Below, piece after piece: positions 12,455 through 23,510 of a stretch of 64,000 nucleotides of DNA (positions are counted from its first letter, which is position 1; each line of letters opens with the position of its first letter). The notes under the pieces were generated by a model, which saw nothing but the letters and a program-made list of their open reading frames with translations, was not told the DNA's origin and did not search any database. The position numbers and the translations under genes were made by a program. The stretch is from Prorocentrum cordatum. Its lineage: Eukaryota. The stretch lies in the NCBI GenBank assembly GCA_963575745.1, contig CAUYUJ010000026.1:496001-560000 (forward strand), read 5' to 3'.

Positions 12455-13634
12455 TAACACCAGCTCAAAACAGACGCCCAATCTCTTCAACGCGAAAGCC
12501 AAAACAAAACGCAGGCTCCTCGAGACTTCGGGGCGTGAGGTTTCGGGGCAGGGTTTTACCAGGGGGACAGCAGCGAACGCAAGCCATACCCCGAAATCTT
12601 TGTCTGGTGTTCGAGTCCTCGGTGACTTCGCGAATTTGGGATTGGGAGTGTGTGTGTGTGTGTGTGAGAGAGTGTGTGTGTTTTGGTCATGAAAAAAACA
12701 CGACGAGAGGTATTTCTCCATTTTCGGCCTCTGGGGGCCCTTGCGGGGCCCCGGGGCCGTGAAAAAGAACAGCTCGGGACGAGAAGCTGGTCCAGGGGAA
12801 GGGGTCCAGACCTTTGGGGGTCAACGTTGTGAAATAAATCATCACGACGTCGGTGGTCTGGGTGCGAACCCTACCCCACTACCCTTGGATTTCTGAGCGG
12901 GGAGGTGGTGTTCACCTCGCTCGGGAGGTCCTGAGCGAAGTGAGCCCCACCACTCCCCCCTTAGAAATCGTGGGGTGGTGGGGTAGGGTTCGCAGGTGGA
13001 CTCCCAGAGCAGGATCTGCGGCGGGCCCGCGGCGGACGTGGGCGAGGCTCTGAGGACCGAGGCCTCCTACTAGATGGTGTCCGAGCAGATGGGGTCGGAG
13101 GATCGCGCCGCATCGCCAATGCACCAATGCATCGGCCATACGGCTCGCACTGGCGACGTCGCCGATGCATCGCCGATGCATGGGCGATGTTGCGCGATCC
13201 TCTGACCACATCTACTCCGGCCCCATGTAGGAGGCCTCTCGAGGAGGATCTGCGGAGCCCGGCTACCGAGGCTCTACACGCCGGGGGCGCCGTCGTCCAC
13301 GCCAGAGGGCCCAGAGAGTCCCTCGCGTTGCGGCACAAATGACGCTGGGCGGCGTTTTGCATTTTTTGTTCGGCCCATTGGGTCCCTCGCCCGGCCCCGG
13401 GACTGTGGAAGAACGACTCACCGTGGAAAGTTCGTCCTTGGGAAGGGGTCCAGATCTGTGGGGGCCCACGCTGTGAAACAGTGGGGGCCCACATTGCGAA
13501 ACAAATCGTGACGTCAGGGATCTGGGAAGCTCGGCGACAGTAAAACGGGAGCGGCTCCGCCGGCAGAAGTTCGGCGGGAGCGGCGGAAGTAAAAGCAAGA
13601 CGTCAACGTGGTTGGGTTTCCTGAGCCGGTCAGA

Positions 13635-14340
13635 TTCAGGAGGGGAAAAAACATGCAGACACAATTCATCGTCGACTCCCAGGAAAATATGTGAGAAGAT
13701 GGGAAATGGGGGGGAAGACAGAAACCCAGAAACTATGGGGAAACATGGGGAATCTTGTTATCTGTGTGTGTGTGTTTATGTGTGGTCCCTGGGCCACTCG
13801 ACAGATCGATCTGAGGACGTGCCCCCGGAGGCCCCGCGGAGCGCCGGAGTCTGGAGGCGAGCCCAGGGGGGGAGGCGAGAGAGGGCAGGCCTCCTCGGAA
13901 GGCGGCGGGGCCGCTCGGAAGCCCCCGCGGATTCCGAGGAGCCTCTGCACGCCTTCTCTCGGGAGGGGAAAAAACACAGAGACACAATTGATCGTCGATG
14001 CCCAGGAGAATCTGGGAAAATATGGGAAGTGTGGGGGAAGACGAAAACCCAGCAAATGAATCCATGTATTTGTGTGTATTTATTTGTGTGTCTCAGGGCC
14101 CCTTCATTCTCCGAAGCCAGCAGGCGGCTTCTCAGAAGGCGCGAGGGCTTCTGAGAAGCTCTGCCGCCTTCTGAGAACCAGGAGGGACAAAAAGAACACA
14201 CACACAGGCACAATTCATCATCGATTTCCCCAGAAAATGTAGGAAAAAAGTATGGGAAGCGGGGGGAAGGCAGAAACCCAGAAAATCGGGGGAATCCTGT
14301 TATGTGTGTCTATCTATTTGTGTGTCCGAGGATCCCTTCA
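13635..14340 (+). repeat. Three copies of a ~150-bp dispersed unit; a fourth at ~7715-7870
   Basis: Recurrent GGAGGGGAAAAAAC...ACACAAT..ATCG.CGA...CCCAG.AAAAT...GGGGGAAG.CAGAAACCCAG.AAA. Confidence 0.75.
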
Positions 14341-15331
14341 GAGAAGGCCTGCCTTCTAGTCTTCTCTCGCTTTCCCCTAGGCTCGCCGCCGACGGATCTG
14401 GCAGTCTCGCGTCGTGTCGGCCGGCGGCAGCCCCAGCGCGGGCGTTGCAGGTGGAACGCCGCCAGTGGCCCAGAATCAGGCCATCGTCAAAAGATTCGTC
14501 GTTTCTGAGACGGCCGATCGTTCAAGGCTGAACGATCCCCGCGGCGTCGGGAACCAACACTGGTGTCGACACGACGAGAACCTGCGGTACAGTCAACCCG
14601 CATAATAAGGATGGGCAACCTTCCCAAGGGTACCCTTGCATCCTTGCCTCCTCGGCCCATCCTTCGCTGCTTTCGCTGGCCGCGCCCCGCTCGAAAAGCT
14701 TCGAAATCGGCATCCAAGGCGCATCCCTACTATACTGGTTGACTGTAGGTACTGGGCGCTGGTTGGGGTCCCTCGATCTTCACCTTCCGCACCTTCCGCG
14801 CTCCGCGGCGTCGTGGCCGCAGCGGCGGCCGCCGCCGAGGCCGCAGCGGAGGCCTCCGCGGCGGTCGCCGTGGCCAACGCGGCCGCGCCGCGGCGGCACC
14901 TGCCGCGCGGAAGACGCGGATCCAGACGCCCGCGCCTCGTGAGAAGCAGACGTGCTGATCTGTGTATGGCAAATGTCTGCCCGTGTGGGCCCCCGCCGGG
15001 CTCCCGGGCCGTGAGCAAAACTGCGAGCGAGGCCCGGGGAATCAGTCGAGGCCGATTGTGGCGTTGGAGATGTGGGAGGGTGGAGAGTGGACGCCGAGGG
15101 ATGTCGGTCGATCTCCACCACGCCGGGGATGTTGTGGTCGGTCGATTCGCACCCGCGTGTTCCCAGCGCTGGCCACCATCGAACGGCGTTTACATCAGAC
15201 ATCTTGTTTGGCGCGCTCCTGGACATTTCCCGCCCTCAGGGGGCGGGGCGGTGTCTGTATCCAGCGCCACGCGAGGTCGTCGGGGGCATTTTCGAAGTCG
15301 GGGAATATGGGCGAGTCCCCAGCGTGCAGAG

Positions 15332-15610
15332 GCTGACTCGGGCCACGGACATCCACCCGAAGACGCCAGTGTCGACGAAGATCATCAAGGGCTACCTGGC
15401 CAAGAGCATGTTCTTCCGGTCCCTCGGCCCCGAAGAGATGACGGTGGTCATATTTGCAATGAGGCCACGAGAGGTGAAGCCGGGCGAGAGGCTCATCACG
15501 ATCGGGGCGAAGGGGGATTCCATGTTCTTGGTGGTCTCTGGCGCCCTCGATTGCGTGATCCCCATCAACGGGACCGATACCGTCGTCAAGACGGTGCACG
15601 CTGGCGACAT
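15332..15610 (+). CDS. Internal exon: N-terminal part of a cyclic-nucleotide-binding domain (PKA regulatory subunit type); boundaries approximate
   Basis: LTRATDIHPKTPVSTKIIKGYLAKSMFFRSLGPEEMTVVIFAMRPREVKPGERLITIGAKGDSMFLVVSGALDCVIPINGTDTVVKTVHAGD fits the CNB pattern (HPKT...FRxL...AM...GExLIxxGxxGDxxFxVxSG). A candidate AG|G acceptor lies at 15330-15332. Confidence 0.85.
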
Positions 15611-16123
15611 ATCTCAGACACTTCGTGGCATGTTGCCGCCTGCACCACCATGAGGTAGCGAGGTCTTTGGCGCACAAGAGACTGTTTCTTTTTCCAAGCT
15701 CCGGCGGTAGCCCAGGTTATCGGGCCCGCCCGCCCCCCCCCCTGGATAACCTGACCTTGTCGGTTGCGCAGGTCCGCAGGGGGTACGCAGCTTTGCCTCG
15801 CGCGGGCATATCATGGGCTGCCCAAAGCGAAAAGCTTAGGTTCTCGGCTGGCACCTGCGCGCCCACCCCTGGGTAACCCGTGTTATCGCCACAAAGTGCA
15901 AAACGCTCTCCAATCGGAGGAGGGCCAGTTGAGACATCGGCGACTCTGCCGCCTGGCCGGAATACGTTGTGAAAAGCTGGTCCTTGGGCACGCCCCAGGG
16001 TCCCATTCAGAGTCCATGTCCCTCACGATACAGTCCCTCGCGCCTCTCTTGGGGAGAAGCGGGAGAGGGCGCACGACCCTGCGGAGGATGAGCAGTGGCG
16101 GTAGCTCCTGAGTGTGGAGCCAG

Positions 16124-16240
16124 CGGAGTGGGCGAGCTCGCCATACTCTACAATCGGCCGAGGGCCGCGAGCGTGGTGTGCCGGAAGCAGGCCACCGTGC
16201 TTGAGTTGCACGGCAGCGTGTTCTGGGCGGTCGCGAAGCA
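16124..16240 (+). CDS. Internal exon: phosphate-binding cassette of the CNB domain; boundaries approximate
   Basis: VGELAILYNRPRAASVVCRKQATVLELHGSVFWAVAKQ contains the canonical GELAxxYNxPRAAxV cassette and continues the previous exon across a ~500-bp intron. Confidence 0.85.
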
Positions 16241-16811
16241 GTGCCCGGAGCTCAGACCTGGCCCAGACACCTTGGGCGTTGCAAGAAGTCATGGCGGCCG
16301 TTTCAAACCACGTTGGCGTGCGGCGTCTGCAGATGCCGTCCGTTGATGGGTCCCGGGGCTTGCAGAAAGCTACCTGGTGCGAGAGATCGGTCTTGGGGGT
16401 GGAGCTGAGTGCACTGGCCCTGAGATCCTGGCGCCGCAAGTTTTTCACATCCGCCGAATTCGGCAGGTTTCCTTCCCCGGGGCCATCGCCGACCGATCTG
16501 GCCTGAAAATTGGAGCAGAAAGATAGAGTCTAGGGTCTCGGTCTTGATTTCTTACGGTGTCGCATTGTTGTCGTGACGTCGGATCTCAGGAGGGGGGCTC
16601 GTGTCGCGAAAACAATGACATAAGTCTAGTCGGAAGTCTGACTGGGCCGAGGTGGGCTCAGGAGAGCGACCAATTCCAGCGTGCACGACACTTTCGGAAG
16701 TCGCTCTCGTCCCCTCCCACTCCTTGTAATTAGGTGATCAGCTTTCCAGGGGCGCCGTTTTGAAGCCCAGGCATTTCCGCAACGTTAGTTAATGACGCTC
16801 TCCTGTCTGAG

Positions 16812-17075
16812 GAGCAGTGGAAGCTCGTGGTGCGAACAATTTTTGATTATTTCGATTCGGACAAGAGTGGGCAGATTGACAAGGAGGAGGTACGCCTGGC
16901 CATGCGTTCTCTGGGTGCAATCCTCTCAGAGAAGGAGCTGGACGACTTCATGCGACGGCACGACTCAGACGGCAACGGCGAGATTGATTTGTTGGAGTTT
17001 ACGGAGATGCTTGAAGAGTTGCCGTCTCGCTACGCAAATTTTGAAGACATCGCACCTACCAAGGAAGTTATGTAG
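16812..17075 (+). CDS. Terminal exon: calmodulin-like pair of EF-hands
   Basis: An AG|G acceptor at 16810-16812 is followed by EQWKLVVRTIFDYFDSDKSGQIDKEEVRLAMRSLG...RHDSDGNGEIDLLEFTEML...EVM*. The two 12-residue loops DSDKSGQIDKEE and DSDGNGEIDLLE are canonical. Confidence 0.88.
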   Translation, partial: EQWKLVVRTIFDYFDSDKSGQIDKEEVRLAMRSLGAILSEKELDDFMRRHDSDGNGEIDLLEFTEMLEELPSRYANFEDIAPTKEVM

Positions 17076-19652
17076 GGGTGTGTCGGTTTTCCCAGATGGC
17101 CGATGCAGAGCCATACATACTTCGCATCGTGCACAGTGAGTGCCTCTCTGCCGATTTTTTTCCGCTCTGTATCGCAATTTAACACAATGCATTTCGCATC
17201 CGGTCAGAAGCGTACAGGACAGCTGAGCAACAGTGCATTGATTGGGTATCCGAAACAATTCTTCATGTCAGACGATTTCATCATCAGCGTAGTTTCGTAG
17301 GCCTGACCTGCAGTCGCCGCATATATGGAGGGTGTGTGTTTTTATTTTAATGATGGCCTCGCATCTTCGCTCTCTTGGCACGTTCTTAGCAAGGTTTTTC
17401 CTAGCCCCTGAAACGACGCCATCACTTGGACCCCCAGGGTTCCTGTATCCGGGCCTTGGTTTCTTACGTTGCGCCGCGGCTGTAGTGTACCTCTCCCTCC
17501 CCGCAGGACGTTGTCGTTCGCCTATGTCTCGGCACCGCCTCGATTGCACACCGCCTTGCATGTCGATGAGGTTTGCAAGGGCGTGCTGTCGTCCTCGTGA
17601 CTGGTCCACGTGCTCTTGTCCTCATGACTGGACAGCCACTTGTGTTATGTATCTTTGTACCATGTAGATAGAGCGATGAGGTGATATATACTTCTGGAAG
17701 GCACCGCGCAAGACGGGGCTGACTGCCTCAGTCCCCCCCTGACCGCGTTTTGGCATCTGCTCAATTTACGCGCGGGGGGGGAGGAAGAGGTGGAGGAGAT
17801 GTCTGCTACCGGCGAGCCTGCCTTCAACACAGTCGGGAGCCTTGAGACGGGGGTCAATGCAAACGGGGGTCAGCCAGGGCACCAGATCCTGCAGGATCCT
17901 GAGAAGACCCCCTCTGGTTGACCCGGGTTAGGGAGCCGCTCGTGGCCGCGAGGCGGCCGCGCATATTGGCTTACCCGGGTTTGCGAAGATTTGCGTTGCA
18001 GTTTTTTGTTCCCTGCATCGCAGTTTTTGGTTTCCCGCGGGTCAGAAGATCCCCGACACAGGAGGAGGAGGAGGAGAGGAGAACATTAAGATGTCTCTCC
18101 TCTGGTTCTTTTTGACCATGCTAGACCGTTCATACTCCTCACGTGCCATGCCCTGGCGTCCCAGAATTTTGACGTGGGTGCCCATCGGGGCGCGGGGTGC
18201 GAACATGCGTCGAGACGAGGAGGACATCGAGCAGGATTAGGCGCAGGAGGAGCTGCGCCGAGCTCTCTGCTCTTCATCGCGCCCCCCCCCCCCCCTGCGC
18301 TTCCCCGTTCGCCCTCGCTCGCCCTCCCGCCCCGGCAACTGTGGACAGGGGTCGGCTGCCTCCTGAACGCCACTACCAAGGGAGGAAAAACCACCCGGAG
18401 GAGACAATCGGCGTTTACTAAACGGCCTTGGCGTTTACGAAGCAGCCCTGCCTTGGTCGGTTCCTTCAGTGGGGGCGTTTAGGAAACGGCATCGCTTGTC
18501 GGGGTGGTTATTTTGGGGTTTGATTTTTTGCCCTCTAGAGTAAGCGTCAATGCCATACTCCTGCTATGCTTCCACCGCAAGATTCAGCAACGCAAGAAGC
18601 ATGTTCTCGCTGGTGAGCGACTGGTATGCCAGCCCATTTTGTCAAATCCCGATAGCGAGCGCACCGAGTGCACTTCATGGTTCACCCCAGGTGCCGTCGC
18701 CCAAAGAAGCATCAATTCCCAATGTCAGCACTTCGCTTCCAGGGCATTCTGAAGCGGCATCGTCGCTAAACATTTGTCTGCGGCAGTAGGGGAATCGGCG
18801 TGGCGCATGTTTAAGCACGATCCAAAGCGGGCCGGCAAGAAGCAACAACCGGTTGCGCGGGCGAGCGCGCGCGAGCCGCCTGCGCAGGGTGGCGCGCGCG
18901 CCCTCTGTTGGGGTGTGCCCGCGATGGCGGACCGTCACAGCTCGAGGACCAAAAACAATAGCGATGACATGTCGCAGCGGGGAACCCCCTCTGGCGGGCT
19001 TGTTCCCCACCACCACCACCATGAGTTGGAGGGGGAGAGGGTCCTCCTCCTCCACCTCCTCCTTCTCCTCCTCCTCCTCCTCTCCGTCCTCCTCCTCGTC
19101 CTTCGTCTCCTTCCCCCCTCCAACTTATGGTGGTGATGGTAGAAAACATGCCCATGGCCCTCAGTGTGTTAACGGAAAGGAAGCACCAGGCTTGCGGACG
19201 AGAGCGAAGCCACCGCCGCCGACGGCGGGCCAGGTGGTCCGCCACCACCTGCGCAGTCGGTGGCCAGCGCCTGAGGCGATGCGCTGTTCAAGGAAAGCAG
19301 GGAGACACCCCGACCTCTGTCCCCCCCCCCCCGGCCTGGATGCACCGCCTTTAGGCCCACTGAGGGCGTAGCAGGCGCGCGGCCTGCCAGGCGCTGTGCG
19401 CGATGCACGGACCACCGAGTGGAGCAAGGCGGCCGCCGAGAACCGCGCTGATGCCCCCCCCATTGCGGCCCGCCGCCGTTGGGAGCCCATCAGCGCCGGA
19501 GGCCGCCCCCGCGAGGCCGCCGTGCCCTCATCGCCCACATGCGGAGCCCTTCGGAGTTCCGGCCCCTGCCGGGACACCCGCGGGCCGTAGCCGCAGCTGC
19601 GGGCATGGGCGGCCAGCTTCTCCCTGGCCTCATGGGCCACGTCGGGAGTTCA

Positions 19653-19836
19653 GTATCGTTAAAAACGATCCCCATCCCCATCCCCATCCCCTTCGAGACC
19701 CCCACCAGATTACCACCCCAGTTGGGGATACACCCCTCGAAACCCGAAGGGAACGACCTACATCCCCATCTAAGGGGTGAATCGGCCAGTGGGGCCCAGG
19801 CCACGCCGCTGGGGATGGGGATCGGTTAAACGATAC
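19653..19836. mobile_element. MITE family C, copy 1 (TCA flanks)
   Basis: TCA|GTATCGTTAAAAACGATCCCCATCCCC ... GGGGATGGGGATCGGTTAAACGATAC|TCA. Confidence 0.85.
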
Positions 19837-22006
19837 TCAGGAGTGGCCAGGCTCAGGGCGGGACGTGATGGGTTCAAGGTTTGAGGTCCTCGGTCGTCTT
19901 CGCTGGCTCTCGGCGGTCTTCCGGCTCCGCAGTGCCCTCCAGGGGCTGCGCCTCGCCCAGAGCGTTCCGGGGGGCCCCGGTCGTCCCGAAGGGCCGCCCG
20001 AGGTTTGAGGTATGGCCCGAAACCCGAGTCAGGGGCAACCGTCAGGGGGAGGGACAGGCTCATGGGGAGGGCTGCGTCGGCCCCCAGTCGCCCACTCATC
20101 GCCAGCAGGGGCCCGACAGCCCATCCCGGTCGTGACCGTGCGGCTTCGCAATCGGAGCCCTGTCGCCGATCCATCGGCGGTGTATCGGCGATTCCAGGCC
20201 GATGTTCCCCCCCTGAGCCAGTCCCCCCCAAACGTTTCCCCTCATGGCCACGGCCCCACCCCCTGAACATCGGTTCCGCTGGTGGGGGCTCGTTCTGCTG
20301 CTGGCCCTTCGTGTCTGCCTGCTGTTGCCACTCCTGCCTGCCTGCGTGCTAGCCCTTCGTGCCGTCGTGCCCCTCGATCCGCGGGTTGATGGACCCGCTC
20401 ACGTCCAGGCTCTTCGGCTGCGCCGCTCCAGACACGTTGTGGTGGAACGGGCTTTGGCCCCAATTCAAGATGTGTGAGTCGTGCCCGAGCAGCTTCACTG
20501 ATGCGGCCCGAACCCGATCGACGTTGAGGATCACGGCTTTGAGCTGCGAGCCGGGCAACCACTCGAGGATCTCGCGCGCGCGGCGGCTGGGCGTCCGAAG
20601 GCTCAGCCCGCACCTGGCAGCCATTTGCGCCACTGCAGCACGGTCGGAACCCGGGCTCGAGGAGGACCACTGCGCGGCTCCGCCCCGCTCCTCTTCCTTT
20701 TAGCTGGGATGCAATTCCTGGGATGTCTAGCTCAGCCTCGGCGATGGTATATCCGTGGTTGAAAACGGGCCTACTCAGTCATACAGCCGCCTAGATCCTT
20801 TGAGTCTGGCTTTATCCGGCTTGGTCGCTGGCTTCATCTTGGCTCATCCAGCTCAACGGCCCCGTGATCGGGCCTAGTAGCCCTTCATCGTTTTTACGAA
20901 GACCTCCCAGCAGTTGTCTCCTAAGCATCGCCCCTCACCCGTCACCCCTCTCACACAGAGAGGCATTATTCAGACAAGGAGGCGCGGCGGACTCAGCGTT
21001 TGTCGTGGATCACCAAGCAGATCTGGGCTTACCCGTCAGGCCGCAGCGATCTCATCGACGGGCTTACCATCGATGCCGAGGGCGCTCCAGTGCCTAGTCG
21101 ATCCTGCCCTGCGCTGGAGGCAGCGCCGCCATGCCTGTCCTTCTCGTGGGAGCGAAGAGAGTTGTCAGGGCGCACGGCCCCTCTCAGCCCAAAAGGCAGC
21201 TTGGCCGAGATTCGTCGGTGACCGATCCGATCAAGGGCCGAAGTTGTTACCGAACACGCAGTGTGACCGAAAGTGCGACCAGAATGGAACATCCTTTCGG
21301 ACCAAACAATTCGGTCACACTCGGGCGTGTTCGAACAGACTCGGGCGCCGGCTCCGGTCACGCTCGGGCAGATCCCCGAGCACAGTTTCGGCCATCGCAC
21401 CCCCCCTGCCACAGACGAGGCTACGTGAGATGTGTCCCGGGCGGGGCTAGGACGAGCAGAACTCCGTCTCAGAACGTTCCGGAACACTCTGAGAGGGCCC
21501 CGGCGCGCGAGACACCCTGCCGTCGGAGTTCAGAGATTATCGTCTTGTCCTCACCCGACGTTAACTTCGTCCTGGCTTCGTCTGGGCGGAGGTGTCCGCA
21601 CCAAATGTCACTCGGCGAAGGTGTCCATGGCCCAAAGAGTCCCCAGCTGTTCGCTCCACTTGAGAGCCCCGGGATGCCCTGAAGCCGTGGGGGCTTCCTT
21701 GGAACTGTTGGGGACCGCTTCAGCCAGGGACACCTCTGGCAACACCAGAGGAGGGCGGAAGTGGTCCTTTGGGCCACATCGGTCGCCCCCCGCCCGCCCG
21801 TCCGCGGCGCCGCGCGCGCGGCGCCAGGCGAGGCCCTGAACTTCTCGTGGGGCTGCAGCGCGGGCGACGGCCTCGCCGCCGAGGACGCGGGGGCGCGCCG
21901 CTCTCCCGCGCGGCGCGGCGCGGCGCGGGCGGGGGCGCGGCGCTGCGCGGCTCGCGCAGCGGGGGCGGGCGCTCTCGGGCGGCTCGGGGGGGGGGGCGTG
22001 GCCACC

Positions 22007-22150
<144 letters not shown>

Positions 22151-22859
22151 TGGGGGCCCGTCCCGCAAAAACGGTTGCGCCTTCTTGGGGGACCCCCGAA
22201 CTCAGCCACGCGTTCAGGGGGGGGGGGTAGGGGGCACGCCCTCTCCGAAGCACCCCTGCTTCTTTCAGAGGGCGCGGGCCTGGACTCTAGATGCGAGGCC
22301 CGCGCAATTTGGAACCAGCCTCCTTCCTAGAGGCCTTTCCCCCTCTCCCTGCCCCCTTGTGCGCGCCTTCAAGAGACGGCGTGCTGGCCACATAGTGTCG
22401 TGAGTCAGTGGGGACTCGGGGTCACCACGCGGTTTTGGGATTCGGGTAGTTCTCCGAGGGCCTCTCTGGGCGACTGGGGCCTCCACGGCCCCACTTCCGT
22501 GCAGTGCCGGACCGCGCGGTGGGGTCTCTTGGGATTTCGAGGTCACCGCGCGGTCCGTCACCATGTAATACTTGGACCCCTAATGATTTGGACCCCCAAT
22601 CTTCGACCGTCAGATCGGGGCGCTGCAATTCGTTTCTCACACGGGGCGCTGCTCCGTGATCGAGTGTCACCAGAGGGTGGTAATTGTACCAAGAAAGGAC
22701 AGTTCATGCTTGTTAGATGCAGATTTGGATGGCGCGCGGCCCTTCCGTTTGCGCTCGCGAACAAAAAAGAATGGACAGCAGGGAAGTCCCGCAGGGGGGA
22801 CGGGGAGCCCTGCACCGCGTATGATTACCAGCCAGCCCCGCCAACCCCATGGGGCCGCA

Positions 22860-23510
22860 AATATTGTAGGCCAGGCCATGGCCCAGGCGGCCACTCCGCT
22901 CGACGCCCGCACCGGTGTTGACCCGTCGCAGCAGGGGGCGATTACGATTTGCAGGGGCTGGTGGAAAGCATTCAAGGAACAGGCCCTGACTCTGCCATTC
23001 GAGGATCTCGCAGGAAGGGAAACAAGTTGTTGGGATGTGATAGACGTGGTCGCCATACACGCCCACGCCAAGAATCTGGAGCCGATCAAGAACAAAATCA
23101 AATACCAACCGCAGATCTTTCAAGCGAATTCCGGTGGCGCAAATGGGCGCAGTAAGAATATGTTTTAGCTCGCTGAGGTGGCGGCCGGATTTTCCACGTC
23201 TGGAGAGTTCGTTCCGTTTGTTACCAAGCTGATGAATTGCCATGATGGCCTTGTCAACCACAGCTTGCTTGACTTTGTGGAGCGCGTGAGTTGGTTCAGC
23301 GAGGGGCTCCTTGATGCCTTCACCGTTGACGGCCCAAATCCGAGGCCTTTCGAGGCCTGGGGATCCAGCACGTTCGAGCCCTTTGGCGGCCTCTCCGCCG
23401 TGGGCCGGGAGTTCTTCTCCCACTGTGGACCCGCGTCAGCTTCGGCCGAGGATGCACGGGAGGCGACGCTGGAGGAGGCTCGCCCATGGATACGGGAGGA
23501 GCTTGTGTGA
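22860..23510 (+). pseudogene. Glycoside hydrolase family 128-like (beta-1,3-glucanase) C-terminal half, disrupted
   Basis: GWWKAFKE...CWDVIDVVAIHAHAK...NGRSKNMF*LAEVAAG...FVTKLM...FVERVSWFS...FEPFGGLSAVGREFFSHC follows the GH128 motif order (W..F, D.+A+H.Y, K.+WLTE, VERY.WF, G.L+.+G). TAG at 23166-23168 sits where Trp is expected. Confidence 0.6.
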
